Origin: an uncultured archaeon
GTDB taxonomy: Archaea; Iainarchaeota; Iainarchaeia; Iainarchaeales; DTGL01
Direction: 5' to 3'
Assembly: GCA_964551725.1 (NCBI GenBank)
Contig: CAZKED010000002.1
Location: 1 to 64,000 of the forward strand
DNA: 64,000 nucleotides
Below the pieces are notes generated by a model. It ran no database searches and was not told where the DNA came from. It saw only the letters and a list, made by a program, of their open reading frames with translations. Each line of letters starts with the position of its first letter. Position 1 is the stretch's first letter. Both the position numbers and the translations under genes were made by a program. Positions 1 through 11,223 of the stretch are shown one piece after another.

Positions 1-120
1 GAATCAAAGTGCTCGAATTTGCAGGCCTCGGACCGGCACCCTTCGCTGCCATGATGCTGGCGGATATGGGGGCGGAGGTGTTGCGCATCGATCGCCCGTG
101 GGAAGTGCGGAGCAGCCCAC
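1..120 (+). other. Fragment of CaiB/BaiF (alpha-methylacyl-CoA racemase-like) CoA-transferase N-terminus; probable chimeric contig end
   Basis: Translates to [32 protein letters not shown], the family III CoA-transferase N-terminal signature. Similarity stops at about nt 100, and the stretch is more GC-rich than what follows. Confidence 0.75.
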
Positions 121-224
121 TCGCAGAACCTTCCCATGTTCAGGTCAGCGCTCTTAAAATTGGATTTCAGGGAGTGGTAAAGATTGCTGCCGTCAATAAA
201 AACCATTGCCCTTTGTTTTTTCAA
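110..224 (-). pseudogene. 5' fragment of a NYN-domain (DUF88/LabA-like, PIN fold) protein, truncated at the junction
   Basis: Minus strand from TTG 224 (or ATG 206) reads [34 protein letters not shown]. VFIDGxNLYH is the NYN first motif. A GGTG SD-like site lies upstream. Confidence 0.7.
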
Positions 225-455
225 GCAATACACCGAAAACAAGAGAAACCTGCCGTTGCCCGAAGGCAAGGGCAGGGAGATAATACAATAAATTATATGG
301 AAAAACCTAATTTAAAGGTATTGTTTGGTTTCACTGCCAGCGGCTTGCCCTTCAGTCGTTCCTTAAATTGTCTTTGCTCTAGCCAAAGGAATTTAACCCT
401 TTTTTCCCTTCCTTTTACCATGCCCGCTTCCCAAACAGCGCGGACCGCGCAGAAA

Positions 456-1922
456 ATGTGGACTGAAAAGTATTTCCCAAAAGAATGGAGCGAATTCATC
501 GGAAACTCTGAAGCGGTAAGCCAGGCAAGAAAATGGGCTGATTCCTGGCAAAAGGGCAAAAAGCTAAAGCCGCTTTTGCTGTACGGTTCCCCGGGAAACG
601 GAAAAACCACACTCGCGCTTTTGCTCGCGCAAAAAATGGGCTGGACAGTATTTGAACTCAACGCTTCTGACTTCAGAACAAAAGAAATAATTGAAAGGCT
701 TGCTGGTTCAGCCTCCCAGTCCGCATCATTCACGGGGAAACCCCGCCTGGTTTTACTGGATGAAGTTGACGGTCTCCAAAGACAGGACCGCGGCGGCGCA
801 AGCGCAATTCTTAAGCTCTTAAAGGAAACACAGCACCCCGTAATTCTCACAGCGAATGAAATCTACGGCATTCAAAAACTGACGCCCGTAGTTCACTACT
901 GTGAAAAAATCCATTTCAAAAAAATAAACTACTTATCAATAGCAAAGCGCTTGCGCGAAATATGCGAACTGGAAGGCATCCACTTCAACGAAGAAGCCAT
1001 AAAAGAGCTGGCGCAGAATTCAGGCGGCGACATGCGCGCCGCTTTGCTGGACCTGCAGACGCTGGCAGCAAAAGGCAGCATTTCCCGCCCCGATTTGAAC
1101 GCACTCGGCTACCGCGAAAGGGAAGAAAACATTTTCAAGGTTCTCAGGGATATTTTCCGCGCCAAGTCCTTCGAGGAAGCGCGCAATGCGCGCTTCAAGA
1201 GCGAAGCCGACGACGAACTCTTAATGCGCTGGATAGAGGAAAACATTCCGAGGGAATTCTCCACAGAAGACCAGGCACGCGCTTTTGATTATTATTCTCG
1301 CGGGGATAAATTCGAAGGGCGCATTTTCAAGCGCCAGCATTATGGTTTTCGCAGATACTCCTACGAACTGATGAGCACTTGCACCGCGCTCAGCAGGCAT
1401 TCGGTTTCCCATTCCTGGGTGCAGTACCAGTTTCCCTCGCTTTTAAAAAAGCTCAGCAAATCTCGTGCCGTGAGGGAAATAAAAAACTCGCTTTCAAAAA
1501 AAGTCGGCAGAAAAATGCACTCCTCGGCGCGCGGCGTAATGCAGCACGAGTTGCCACTGCTCTTTCTCCTTTTCGGGAAGAAAGAGAATGCTGTCCTTCT
1601 TTCCGCGCTGTTTGATTTCAACGAGAAGGAAATTGCCTTTCTCCTCGGCACAAAACCGGAAACAAAGAAAGTTCAGAAAATAAGGGAGGAAGCCGCGGAA
1701 CTCAGGCGGGATATAGCGAAGCGCAAGCTAGCGGAACGCCGCGGCGTCATGGCGCAGTTTTCCGCGCCCGCGGGAAAGGAAAGGCACGCAGTAAAAAAGA
1801 AACCCGAGTCCGCAAAGCGGGAAGCAAAACCGGAAGCCAAGAAAGCGAAAAGGGCGGGGAAAAAGCACGCCAAAAAGAAGCCCGTGCACGCAGAAAAAGG
1901 AAAGCAGACAAAACTTATTTAA
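456..1922 (+). CDS. rfcL: Replication factor C large subunit
   Basis: Starts MWTEKYFPK; Walker [28 protein letters not shown]; Lys-rich tail ending QTKLI (PIP-like). True start is 456, not 9. Confidence 0.93.
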   Translation: MWTEKYFPKEWSEFIGNSEAVSQARKWADSWQKGKKLKPLLLYGSPGNGKTTLALLLAQKMGWTVFELNASDFRTKEIIERLAGSASQSASFTGKPRLVLLDEVDGLQRQDRGGASAILKLLKETQHPVILTANEIYGIQKLTPVVHYCEKIHFKKINYLSIAKRLREICELEGIHFNEEAIKELAQNSGGDMRAALLDLQTLAAKGSISRPDLNALGYREREENIFKVLRDIFRAKSFEEARNARFKSEADDELLMRWIEENIPREFSTEDQARAFDYYSRGDKFEGRIFKRQHYGFRRYSYELMSTCTALSRHSVSHSWVQYQFPSLLKKLSKSRAVREIKNSLSKKVGRKMHSSARGVMQHELPLLFLLFGKKENAVLLSALFDFNEKEIAFLLGTKPETKKVQKIREEAAELRRDIAKRKLAERRGVMAQFSAPAGKERHAVKKKPESAKREAKPEAKKAKRAGKKHAKKKPVHAEKGKQTKLI

Positions 1923-3565
1923 ATTTCCATTTCAATTGCCGCAACCGGCATTTCCAAGCCGAAATTTTCCAGAACTTTCTTGCTTACCTCGCCTATAATT
2001 CCTGTTCTGTGAGCGCATTTCACTAGCGCGCATCTTCCCTTCTCAAAGCTCGGGTGCTCGCCTCTCTGCAGTTCGCATTTCCATCCCTTCGCGCTTGCAA
2101 TCGCGTCAAGGTGCGCTCTCGCAGCGTTAAAGTCGAATTCCTTTCCGGTCAAAGCAATGCTCACAACATTGCCTTCCTTAACGCGCGTTTCCGCGCTCTT
2201 GTCAGTCTTCACCGTTCTTCCAACTTCGAATATTTTTTGGGGGTAAGCGCAATGCCTGTTTTTTTCCAGGAATTCCAGCAGTTCCGGCAGGATGGCTTTC
2301 CTCAAAACGCTCCATTCCATTGAAACAGGATTCTCAAGTTCCACGAGGTCCTGCTCCGGCAGGTTCATTTTGCTTTCCTGCTTTTCCCTCGAAGTGAGAG
2401 TGAAAGTCAGAATGCCCTGAAGTCCCAGTCCAATGCAGATTTCCCTCATTGCCGCGAGTTCCTTTGTTTCTTTGAGTTCCGAGCCTTCCACCGCAAGCTT
2501 CACTGGCTCCGGCTCTATTGAATTGTAACCCAAGGCAATGAGGATGTCCTCCACTATGTCCATGGGGTGCAGTATGTCGGTTCTCCATTCCGCGTACTCC
2601 GCTTCAATTTTTTTGCCCTTGAGTTTTGCGTTCATTCCTTTTTTTCTCACGAGCCCGAGCGCTTTTTTAGCCGGCATTTTTTCGCCGAGCGTTCTTTCAA
2701 TGAGTGCCAGAGGCACGCTAATTTTTTTGGAGCGGAATTCCGGCGTCACAATTCTTTTCTTCCCGTAATGCACTTCAACCGAGCCAATCTCCGCGCCTCG
2801 GTCAGCCAAAGCCATGCACACTGTTTCCAATGCAGTATTGATTTTTTTCTGCTCCATTCCCGTAATGTCAATGAACAGGTTTTTTGTCTGCGTTGTAACC
2901 TTGCCGGAGCCCTCTGAGTTTATTATGGGCGGCATTGATAGTACGGAATGCTCTTCGTCCACGAGCAGCGGGTATTTGGTGAATGACTCCAAGAGTTTTC
3001 CGTATTCCCGTCCCTTGGGATGCTCCACTAAAATTTCCTCCAGTGACATTTTCGCCCTGTAGCCCAACGGCACGAATTCCTCTTTGGGAGAAGCAGCATA
3101 GTATTTCACGTTTCCCTTCACTTTGTCGAGGTCGAAAATGCCTATCGCTATTTCCTTCCTTTTTCTCCCGAACGTTTCGCATATTTTTTCCTGCAGCTGA
3201 ATAATCTGCAGTATTACTTCCTCGTCCACGTTTATTCCGCGTGCTGTGGCGTAAGCCCCGCAGGGGCGGATGCCTTTAAGGGCAGGATCCACAATTGCGG
3301 TAATGCCGCTCTTTTTCGCCTTGTATTTTTTTAGCCCGGACTCCTTGCCGTAATAATAGCGCAGTTCCCTTGCAATCCCTTCAGCGCTCCAGAGGTCGGG
3401 TCTGTTCGTGTCCTTTATGTCCACCTTGATTTTGTCGCCCTGAACTTCGTCCACTTCGCCTTTTGCGAAAAGCACCGCTTCCCGCAGTTCCTGTTCCGGG
3501 AGTTTTTTCCCTACGAGCTTTTCCATGTCGTTTTTTCTGAATTCCACGGTCGGCATTTCAGTCAA
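1919..3565 (-). CDS. pheT: Phenylalanine--tRNA ligase beta subunit
   Basis: [16 protein letters not shown]3/4 domain (SMPPIINS), [13 protein letters not shown]; adjacent to pheS. Confidence 0.95.
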   Translation of the reverse strand: MTEMPTVEFRKNDMEKLVGKKLPEQELREAVLFAKGEVDEVQGDKIKVDIKDTNRPDLWSAEGIARELRYYYGKESGLKKYKAKKSGITAIVDPALKGIRPCGAYATARGINVDEEVILQIIQLQEKICETFGRKRKEIAIGIFDLDKVKGNVKYYAASPKEEFVPLGYRAKMSLEEILVEHPKGREYGKLLESFTKYPLLVDEEHSVLSMPPIINSEGSGKVTTQTKNLFIDITGMEQKKINTALETVCMALADRGAEIGSVEVHYGKKRIVTPEFRSKKISVPLALIERTLGEKMPAKKALGLVRKKGMNAKLKGKKIEAEYAEWRTDILHPMDIVEDILIALGYNSIEPEPVKLAVEGSELKETKELAAMREICIGLGLQGILTFTLTSREKQESKMNLPEQDLVELENPVSMEWSVLRKAILPELLEFLEKNRHCAYPQKIFEVGRTVKTDKSAETRVKEGNVVSIALTGKEFDFNAARAHLDAIASAKGWKCELQRGEHPSFEKGRCALVKCAHRTGIIGEVSKKVLENFGLEMPVAAIEMEI

Positions 3566-5000
3566 CCTCTATGAATTTTTCTTCCCGCAGCCAGTCCAGT
3601 TTCTGCGAGAACAGTTCCCGCATGTCATCTATTCCAAGCTTGAACATCGCGAGCCTGTCAATGCCCAAGCCCCATGCGAGAACGTTGCATTTTATTCCCA
3701 GCGGTGCAACCATTTCGGGGCGGAAAACGCCCGCGCCCCCGAACTCGATCCAGCCGAGCTTGGAGTGTTTTGCTGAAAGCTGTACCGAGGGTTCTGTGAA
3801 CGGATAGTAGTCTGGATAGAATTTCACTTCCTTTGCGTGGGCGATTTCTTCCGCGAACTGTTTCAGCATTCCTAGCAGGTGCTTGAATGAAAGTTCGCCA
3901 ACAATGAATCCCTCGAGCTGGTTGAACTCAATCAAGTGCGTTTTGTCCACGGTATCGGGCCTGTAGCAGCGCGCTATTGCAAAATATTTTCCAGGCACTT
4001 CCACTCCTTCAACCAGCTGCCTTGCGCTGTGCGCTGTTCCATGCGCTGCCGGCATCAGCCTGCGCGCCACACTTTCCTGCCATTTGTATCTCCACCCAAT
4101 GCTTCCCGTGTTCCCGCCGGTTTCGTGCGCGTCCTTTACTGCTTTCACCGCTTTTTTGTGCGGAAGAATTCCTTCCCTGGGGTTTTTCAGCTGGTATGTG
4201 TTTGCCCAAGTGCGGGCGGGATGGTTCTGGGGCTGGAACAATGCGTCGAAGTTGTAGAATTCCTGCACTATTAGCGGAGCGCGCATTTCTTTGAAGCCGA
4301 GTTGCACGAGCTTCGCCCTTATCTGTTCCAGGAACTGTTCATAGGGTTGTTTTTTTCCCAGGTGAATGCTTTCCACTTTTCCGAGCGCAAAATTCCTTTT
4401 TTTTGTTTTTAGGGCAATGTTCAGCGCGGACTGTCCTCGCTCAGTTATTGACGCCAGCGTTCTCCTTGACTCTTTTCTTTCCACTAATCCTCTTTCAATC
4501 AATTCCTTGAGCAAAAACCCGTCTTTGCGCGCTTCTTCGAACGCCCCGCGCGCGACCATTTCGATTACTCTTTCCTCCTCGCTTTTTTCGCGCTGCAGTC
4601 CTGTTTCCTCGATTTCCCCTTTTTTTGGGAAGACAACCCAGTTCATTCTTTTCGCTCTTCCTATCGCGGCGTTGAATTCCTTTTCGCCGAGCCCCGAATG
4701 CTTTTTCGCTTCCTCGAGCTTTGCTTTCCCGCCCAGGCTGCGGACGGATTCAACCAGCTTTCTTTCGGGCAGCAGTTCTTTGCCTTCTTTTGTGAGTTTT
4801 AGTTCAATGCTTTTTTCTGCCCGCGTTTCCGCGAGTTTTTTTTCCGAGAGCCAGCCGATTGCCCTGCGCGCCGAGTCCAGCGGAATGCCTGTAGCGGAGG
4901 CAAGTTCCCCTGTATCGAGCTCATTCCCTTGCTTCAGTGCCCTGAGGGCTTTTTTTTCTATTTCGCTTAAAGCCCTTGCAGTATTCAGCAATTCGCCCAT
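3558..5000 (-). CDS. pheS: Phenylalanine--tRNA ligase alpha subunit
   Basis: NFDALFQPQNHPAR, YYPFTEPS, GAGVFRPE, AWGLGIDRLAM; archaeal N-terminal wHTH extension. Confidence 0.95.
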   Translation of the reverse strand: MGELLNTARALSEIEKKALRALKQGNELDTGELASATGIPLDSARRAIGWLSEKKLAETRAEKSIELKLTKEGKELLPERKLVESVRSLGGKAKLEEAKKHSGLGEKEFNAAIGRAKRMNWVVFPKKGEIEETGLQREKSEEERVIEMVARGAFEEARKDGFLLKELIERGLVERKESRRTLASITERGQSALNIALKTKKRNFALGKVESIHLGKKQPYEQFLEQIRAKLVQLGFKEMRAPLIVQEFYNFDALFQPQNHPARTWANTYQLKNPREGILPHKKAVKAVKDAHETGGNTGSIGWRYKWQESVARRLMPAAHGTAHSARQLVEGVEVPGKYFAIARCYRPDTVDKTHLIEFNQLEGFIVGELSFKHLLGMLKQFAEEIAHAKEVKFYPDYYPFTEPSVQLSAKHSKLGWIEFGGAGVFRPEMVAPLGIKCNVLAWGLGIDRLAMFKLGIDDMRELFSQKLDWLREEKFIEVD

Positions 5001-5092
5001 TTTTTCCGCTCCGCACGATTGCGCTGGATTAATATAGTTGATAGGGTTATTAATTTTAAGGTTTGCAGTAATGCACTCTTAAGGGTGGAAAA

Positions 5093-5596
5093 ATGCTTTT
5101 TGTCCTTGACGCTTCCGCGGTATTAAACGAGCCGAATTTTTCCTTTGATTCCAGGCACAGTTATATCACCACGCCTGATGTAATGCGGGAGTTCCGCGCT
5201 TTGGAGTCCAGGGCTCTGGCGGAAAACGCTTTGCATCACTCTTTGCTCGAAGTGCGCTCTCCCTCCGCTGCCTCTCTGAAAAAGGCAAGGGAAAAGATAG
5301 AGGAGCACAATTTTGACAGGGTGAGCAATGCGGATGTTTCGGTCATCGCCCTGGCGCTCGAACTCAAGCGCGAGGACAGGCGCTTTATTGTATTGACGGA
5401 CGATTTTTCCATTCAGAATTTCCTTTCCCTGTTTGAAATTCCCTTTTCTTCGGTGCTCCAGGGCGAGATTGAGGAAAGGATTTCCTTCGAGCGCTACTGC
5501 CCTGGCTGCGGCAAGCTTTTCGGGAAAGGGTTTTCCGGCAAAAAATGCCCTGAATGCGGTTCGCGCATACAAAAAAGGCGAAAAACGATTAATTAA
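5093..5596 (+). CDS. nob1: NOB1 family PIN endonuclease with Zn ribbon
   Basis: VLDASA...SNADVSVIALALE...TDDFSIQN; CPGC...CPECG. Confidence 0.88.
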   Translation: MLFVLDASAVLNEPNFSFDSRHSYITTPDVMREFRALESRALAENALHHSLLEVRSPSAASLKKAREKIEEHNFDRVSNADVSVIALALELKREDRRFIVLTDDFSIQNFLSLFEIPFSSVLQGEIEERISFERYCPGCGKLFGKGFSGKKCPECGSRIQKRRKTIN

Positions 5597-5609
5597 TGCC
5601 GGTTACTAA

Positions 5610-5978
5610 ATGAAAACCTTTTTATTCTGTTTTCCCTCTAATTTTTTCATGCTGATGGAGTTCCTGCAGCAGCTTTTCGCCCTTAATCTTGAATGGGTTT
5701 TTTCCTTTGCGGTGCAGAACATTGTGTGGGTTTTCGTAATTGCAATAATTGCAATGTACGTAAGCGAGGGCGAAAAATGCATTGCAATGTTTGCCGCTCT
5801 CTCCCTCGCCGTCATGGCTTTCATTGACGTTCTCGCAGTGATGGGGGAAATGTTAAGCGTGTTCATTGCCTTCACTGTGCTCTTTGCCTTTGCCCTTATT
5901 TTCGCGAAAGAGGACAGGGCGCGCTACATTGTAGTGCTCGTTTTCCTTGCAATTGTGGGGCTGCCGATGCTTCTCTGA
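5610..5978 (+). CDS. Small multi-pass membrane hypothetical protein (start may be ~5648-5654)
   Basis: Several hydrophobic segments; fills the gap between neighbours. Confidence 0.6.
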   Translation: MKTFLFCFPSNFFMLMEFLQQLFALNLEWVFSFAVQNIVWVFVIAIIAMYVSEGEKCIAMFAALSLAVMAFIDVLAVMGEMLSVFIAFTVLFAFALIFAKEDRARYIVVLVFLAIVGLPMLL

Positions 5979-5997
5979 GCGGCATTCCGCGTAGAAA

Positions 5998-6786
5998 TCA
6001 GCTTATTTTTGAATGCTTCACAATAAACGCTTCCGCCCTGTCGCGGAGCGCTTTGCGCTTCCAGTAAACAGCCCCGAAAACAATGAGGACTATGGCGAGC
6101 GCCAGCGTCTGGGTTTCCTGCGTTGTGTTTTCAAGGAATTCTTTGAGTAGGTAGGCGAGGCTGAAGGACGGTGCCAGTTGTGTCCAGTACCTGTACTTTA
6201 GTTTTATTGTGTTGGTGGAGATTCCGCCCGGAATCCTTATCACGGGATTCATTTCAGGAAAAATCTGCGCCGCGTCGAAAACGTCCTCTCTTTCCACTGT
6301 TGCCTGCGCCGGCAAAGTGAATGAAATCGTGGTATTCTGCGGGATTACGTATATTTCCCCTTGTAAGAATTCCTTCAGTGTGCCGCGGTTTAACTCGAAT
6401 ACAATCATTCTTCCCGTGCTTTCCGCCGTGTTCCTGCTCATTACGGGCGTGCTCAGGGAATACTTTATTTCCAGGAATTTTTCCTCGAGGTTGAAGGTGA
6501 TTCTCCCTGTTCCCGGCACAATTTCGTCCTTTGTCCCTATGTGGAGTCTGAATCTTCCATCGAACTTTTCCCATTCGTCCAAATCGGTCTGCAGTTCGTC
6601 GTTCTTTCTCTTGAACTGCTGTTCCTGGAGTTCGCTGGGAAAGGTCAGGTAGAACCTTTCCACTACTTCCCCGTATCCTTCACCGTCCACGCGTATGTCG
6701 ATTGAATGGCTTGCAATATCGTAAACCTGCGCGCTCGCGCCTGAAAGAAAAAGCAGCAATGCCAAAGCCAGCAGGAATGCTTTCAA
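5998..6786 (-). CDS. Secreted, C-terminally membrane-anchored hypothetical protein
   Basis: Signal peptide MKAFLLALALLLFLSGASA; C-terminal TM helix followed by WKRK. Confidence 0.75.
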   Translation of the reverse strand: MKAFLLALALLLFLSGASAQVYDIASHSIDIRVDGEGYGEVVERFYLTFPSELQEQQFKRKNDELQTDLDEWEKFDGRFRLHIGTKDEIVPGTGRITFNLEEKFLEIKYSLSTPVMSRNTAESTGRMIVFELNRGTLKEFLQGEIYVIPQNTTISFTLPAQATVEREDVFDAAQIFPEMNPVIRIPGGISTNTIKLKYRYWTQLAPSFSLAYLLKEFLENTTQETQTLALAIVLIVFGAVYWKRKALRDRAEAFIVKHSKIS

Positions 6787-6903
6787 ATTGCAACACCAGT
6801 ATTTTAATTGTTGATTAATTTATTATTTCTTTCCTTCCCGCTGCGCTTTCCTCCAAAGTCGTGGATTTAAAATGATTTTATCCGTTTATTTTAGTGATAC
6901 GCG

Positions 6904-7590
6904 ATGGTTAAAGTTCAGTATTTGGGTCACTCTTTCTTCAAGGTTTCCTTTTCAGGCTGCAATCTGCTCATCGACCCTTTCATTAACTGTCCGCCAAAAA
7001 ACAATTTCAACGAACGCCTGCTTCCCTGCCCCGTTTCCGAAGAGAAACTGAAAGACATTGACCTCATTCTCATAACCCACGAGCATTTTGACCATTTTGA
7101 CACGAAAACAATTGAAGCGGTAGCGGAAAGGGAGAATGCCCTTGTCGTGGGTCACGACCAGGTCTTGCGGGAACTGAAAGTAAAGGAGCGCCTTAAGCGT
7201 CCCGTTGACCCGCGTTCCTCCCTGAATCTGGACGGAATCAACATTAAGCCTGTCCCAATGCACCACCCGAATTCCTTTTATCCGCTGGGATACCTGCTTG
7301 AATCGCAGGGAACAAAAATCTTCCACGCCGGCGATACAGACCTGGTGAACGTGTTCAGCCGCCTCGAGGCGGACATACTGATGGTTCCCATCGGCGGCAC
7401 GATTACAATGGATGTAGTGGATGCTGTCCGGGCAGTAAAAACAATGGAGCCCTCCGTGGCAATCCCGATGCACTACAATACGTTCGAAATAATAAAAGCC
7501 TCTCCGCAGGAGTTCAGGGAAAAAATAGAGAAAAGCATACTCAAAACAAAAGTCCACGTGCTGAAACCAAAGCAGACGCTGAAATACTGA
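6904..7590 (+). CDS. Metallo-beta-lactamase fold metal-dependent hydrolase (UPF0173-like)
   Basis: YLGHS, THEHFDH, FHAGDT, IPMHYNTF. Confidence 0.88.
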   Translation: MVKVQYLGHSFFKVSFSGCNLLIDPFINCPPKNNFNERLLPCPVSEEKLKDIDLILITHEHFDHFDTKTIEAVAERENALVVGHDQVLRELKVKERLKRPVDPRSSLNLDGINIKPVPMHHPNSFYPLGYLLESQGTKIFHAGDTDLVNVFSRLEADILMVPIGGTITMDVVDAVRAVKTMEPSVAIPMHYNTFEIIKASPQEFREKIEKSILKTKVHVLKPKQTLKY

Positions 7591-7606
7591 CCCGCGCGCC
7601 AAGAAC

Positions 7607-8287
7607 CTATTCTTTCAGGTCCTCAATCGTGCCAATGTCTTTCCATTTCCCCTTCCATTCAACGAAGCCAGCGCTGCCCCCGCCCCGCACGAGCAGGTTG
7701 ATGGAATCCGTGAGTTCGAATTCCCCGCGCGGGCTTTTCCCCGTTTCGGCAATCGCTCCGAAAACGCGCGGAGAAAACCTGTAAGCCCCTATGTTGATAA
7801 AACCGCTTTTTATTCCTTGGGGCTTTTCAATTACTTCCGCTACGTGGCTTCCATCAACCTTCACGACCCCGAATCTCCTGCAGTTCTCCGACCAGCGCAC
7901 TGAAATAACTGCATCAAACCCGCGCTTTTCCATTAGTGCCGAGAAAAGAGCGCTTTCCACAACAATGTCCGAGTTAATGCACAAAAAGTCAGAGCCCTTG
8001 CAGAATTCCGCGGCGCTCTCCAGCGATTTTGCCGTGCCTGTTCCAATGCCTTTCTGCTCGAAGTACTCGAGTTCAGTTTTTCCGTAGCGTTCTCCCAGGG
8101 CTTCTCTCACCATGCCGCCATTTGTCCCTATGACGATTCCCGCTCTTTCGATTCCCGCTTTTTCAAGCGCTGCAAGAACCCATTCAATAAGCGCTTTCCC
8201 CCTGTATTCAACCAGTGCCTTTGGCTTGTCCTTTGTCAGGGGCATCATTCTCACCCCTTTGCCTGCTGCGAGCACCACCGCTTTCAT
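7607..8287 (-). CDS. Sugar-phosphate nucleotidyltransferase
   Basis: VLAAGKGVRMMPLT..KPK, IEKP, GEFELTD, WKDIG. Confidence 0.88.
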   Translation of the reverse strand: MKAVVLAAGKGVRMMPLTKDKPKALVEYRGKALIEWVLAALEKAGIERAGIVIGTNGGMVREALGERYGKTELEYFEQKGIGTGTAKSLESAAEFCKGSDFLCINSDIVVESALFSALMEKRGFDAVISVRWSENCRRFGVVKVDGSHVAEVIEKPQGIKSGFINIGAYRFSPRVFGAIAETGKSPRGEFELTDSINLLVRGGGSAGFVEWKGKWKDIGTIEDLKE

Positions 8288-8291
8288 TGAA

Positions 8292-9206
8292 TCACCGCGG
8301 CACTTTCACTTCCATTAAATCCCTGGAAGCAATTGTTTGGGGGAAAACGTGCCTTGCCTCAATTTCCAGTTCCTTCGCTCTCTTGTAACGCATTGAAAAA
8401 TGCGTGAGCACGAGCTTTTTCACTTTCGCCTTTTTCGCTATTCCTGCAGCCTGCTCCGCCGTGCAATGGAATGTTTCCTTCGCCCTTTTTTTCTGGTCCG
8501 CGGCAAAAACGGATTCGTGCACCAGCACATCGGCATTCTTCACATGCTTCACGTAACCCTGCCTCGGGAGCGTGTCGAGCACGATGCACACCTTTCTTCC
8601 GCGCTTTCCCTTCGAGTAATCCATTACTTGTCGCGGAGAAATGAGTTTTCCCTTCCATTTCACTTTCTTTCCCTGCTGCAGTTTTGAGTACAACGGCCCC
8701 GGGGGAATGCCCAATGCTTCTGCCTTTTTCCTGAGGAATTTTCCCTTTTTTCCCCTTTCCTGGAAGCAGAAGCCGTAGCATGCGGTATTGTGTTTCAACG
8801 GAAAAGCGCTTATTGAAAAATCCTTTTCTTTAAGGACAAGTCCTTTTTTGAGCTCCGAGGTTTTGATTTCGTAATTGGGTCTGAGCAATGCTGCTTTGAG
8901 GGCGCGCTGCACCATTTCGTGCACGCCGCGGGGTCCGAAAATTTTCAAGGGCGAATCCCTCTCAAACATGTTCATTGTTGCAAGCAGTCCCGGCAGTCCC
9001 AGGAAATGGTCGGCGTGAAAATGAGAGAAAAAAATGCTGTCAATTTTCATGTAACTCACTTTTGCCCTGAGCATTTGCTGCTGCGCGTTCTCCGGGCAGT
9101 CGAACAGGTAGTTTTTTCCCTTGAAATGCAGTGCAATGCCTGTCAGATTCCTTTCGCGAGTGGGCGCTGAACATCCAGTGCCCAGAAAGGTCAGTTTCAA
9201 TTCCAT
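8292..9206 (-). CDS. rnz: Ribonuclease Z
   Basis: FLGTG, SHFHADHFLG, GIPPGP exosite, HE motif, LTHFSMRY. Confidence 0.95.
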   Translation of the reverse strand: MELKLTFLGTGCSAPTRERNLTGIALHFKGKNYLFDCPENAQQQMLRAKVSYMKIDSIFFSHFHADHFLGLPGLLATMNMFERDSPLKIFGPRGVHEMVQRALKAALLRPNYEIKTSELKKGLVLKEKDFSISAFPLKHNTACYGFCFQERGKKGKFLRKKAEALGIPPGPLYSKLQQGKKVKWKGKLISPRQVMDYSKGKRGRKVCIVLDTLPRQGYVKHVKNADVLVHESVFAADQKKRAKETFHCTAEQAAGIAKKAKVKKLVLTHFSMRYKRAKELEIEARHVFPQTIASRDLMEVKVPR

Positions 9207-9274
9207 TGCAATCTCCCTTGTAATTACCTTGCATTAAAGAAATATTTTAATTATGTTGGTATCGCTTTTTCTAT

Positions 9275-11203
9275 ATGGCTGGCGGAAAAAAGAAGCAGCA
9301 CCCTAACTACAAGTCCACGGCGGAAATTCCCGTGCCCGACAGAATAATCGGGCAGGTAATCGGGCAGGACAAAAGCGCCGAACTAATCCGCAAAGCAGCC
9401 ATACAGAAAAGAAACGTGCTCCTTGTGGGATTGCCGGGCACGGGCAAAAGCATGCTGGCGCAGGCAATGGCAGAAATACTGCCAGTGCAGGACCTTGAGG
9501 ACATTTTGGTGCATCCCAACAAAGCCGATCCCAACAACCCGAAAATCCAAACAGTTAAAGCCGGAGAGGGCAAAAAAATAGTGAACGAAGCGCGCATTGA
9601 CACAATGAAACAGGAAAGCAACCTGCGCCTGGTTTCAATGATTTTCCCCCTTGCGTTCCTTTTGATTTCCTACGCTTTGTGGTTCCTTGACTGGATTCCC
9701 GACGTAGTTTTCGCGGCAACGATTATTGCCGGCATTTTTCTTATGGGAATATTCGCCCTGGGCACGCAAATGAAAAGCCGCGAGTCCGTGAAAACGCCAA
9801 AGCTCTTAATAGACAATTCCGGCAAAAAAATCGCGCCCTTCATTGAAGCAACAGGTGCAAGGGCTGGGGCACTGCTCGGGGACGTAAAGCACGACCCGCT
9901 GCAAAGCGGCGGTCTCGGCACGCCGCCTCATCTGCGAGTCGAACCCGGAATGGTGCACAGGGTGAACCGCGGTGTTCTCTTCCTTGACGAAATCGCTTCC
10001 CTTACCCAGCGTTCGCAGCAGGAACTCCTCACAGCAATGCAGGAAAAAAAGTACTCCATTACCGGGCAGAGTGAGATGTCCTCCGGTTCAATGGTCAGAA
10101 CAGAACCTGTTCCGTGCGATTTCGTGTTTGTTGGCGCGGGAAACTACGAGGACCTGAAAAAAGTGCATCCCGCCCTGCGTTCCAGAATCCGCGGTTACGG
10201 CTATGAAATCTACATGAATTTGGACATGCCCGACACAAAGGAAAACCGCTTCAAAATAGTGCAGTTTGTTGCCCAGGAAGTGAAAAAGGACGGAAAAATC
10301 CCGCATTTCACAAAGGAAGCCGTGCAGGAAATAATCCTCGAGGCAAGAAAGCGCGCACAGAGAAAAAAGCGCCTTACGTTAAAGCTCCGCGATTTGGGCG
10401 GATTGGTGCGTGCGGCAGGAGACATTGCCAAAAAGAAGGGTCATTCCCTAGTGCAGAGGCAGGACGTGCTCGAAGCAAAAATGTCCGCTTTGACGCTCGA
10501 ACAGCAGATGGTTGCAAAATTGATAGAGCACCGCAAGGACTACGATGTGTTCATTAACGAGGGAACGGCAATAGGCAGAGTGAACGGCTTGGCGGTGAGC
10601 GCTGACGGCTCAGCTGGCTTGGTGCTTCCGATTGAAGCCGAAATTGTGCCCGCGGCTTCAAGGGCGGAAGGCAAAGTCATTGCGACTGGAAAGTTAGGAG
10701 AAATAGCGCGTGAAGCAGTGCAGAACGTTTCCGCTTTGATTAAAAAAATAAGCGGTAAGGACATATGGAAGCACGATTTGCACATACAGTTCCTGCAAAC
10801 CTACGAGGGCGTTGAAGGTGATTCCGCTTCAGTAAGCGTTGCAACCGCGGTAATTTCAGCGCTTGAAAAAATTCCCATAAAGCAGTGCCTCGCAATGACG
10901 GGCTCTTTGAGTGTTAGGGGCGAAGTGCTGCCTGTCGGCGGCGTTACAGCGAAGATTGAAGCGGCAGTCCAGGCGGGATTCAGGGAAATTATTATCCCGA
11001 GGGCTAATTTGCAGGACATCGTGATTTCAAGGGACAGGTTGAAGGGAATTAAAGTGATTCCTGTTTCCTCGCTCGGCGAAGTGCTGGACAACGCGCTCGT
11101 GAAGGGAAGAAAGACCTCGAAACTGCTGCGCTCTCTGAGGAAAATTCTTTCAATCGGGTTCCCCTCCTTCCTCAAGAAGGAGGCGGTAAAAACAGCGAAT
11201 TAG
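9275..11203 (+). CDS. lonB: Archaeal membrane-bound Lon protease (LonB)
   Basis: GLPGTGKS, two TM helices within the AAA+ domain, VEGDSAS catalytic Ser, PVGGVTAK. Confidence 0.95.
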   Translation: MAGGKKKQHPNYKSTAEIPVPDRIIGQVIGQDKSAELIRKAAIQKRNVLLVGLPGTGKSMLAQAMAEILPVQDLEDILVHPNKADPNNPKIQTVKAGEGKKIVNEARIDTMKQESNLRLVSMIFPLAFLLISYALWFLDWIPDVVFAATIIAGIFLMGIFALGTQMKSRESVKTPKLLIDNSGKKIAPFIEATGARAGALLGDVKHDPLQSGGLGTPPHLRVEPGMVHRVNRGVLFLDEIASLTQRSQQELLTAMQEKKYSITGQSEMSSGSMVRTEPVPCDFVFVGAGNYEDLKKVHPALRSRIRGYGYEIYMNLDMPDTKENRFKIVQFVAQEVKKDGKIPHFTKEAVQEIILEARKRAQRKKRLTLKLRDLGGLVRAAGDIAKKKGHSLVQRQDVLEAKMSALTLEQQMVAKLIEHRKDYDVFINEGTAIGRVNGLAVSADGSAGLVLPIEAEIVPAASRAEGKVIATGKLGEIAREAVQNVSALIKKISGKDIWKHDLHIQFLQTYEGVEGDSASVSVATAVISALEKIPIKQCLAMTGSLSVRGEVLPVGGVTAKIEAAVQAGFREIIIPRANLQDIVISRDRLKGIKVIPVSSLGEVLDNALVKGRKTSKLLRSLRKILSIGFPSFLKKEAVKTAN

Positions 11204-11223
11204 TTAGCGCGGTTTTCGCACAC

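Noticed and set aside
9-455. Apparent CaiB-RFC-L fusion (637-aa ORF)
   Set aside because: The open frame crosses a probable chimeric junction, an antisense NYN fragment and promoter DNA. RFC-L homology starts at 456.
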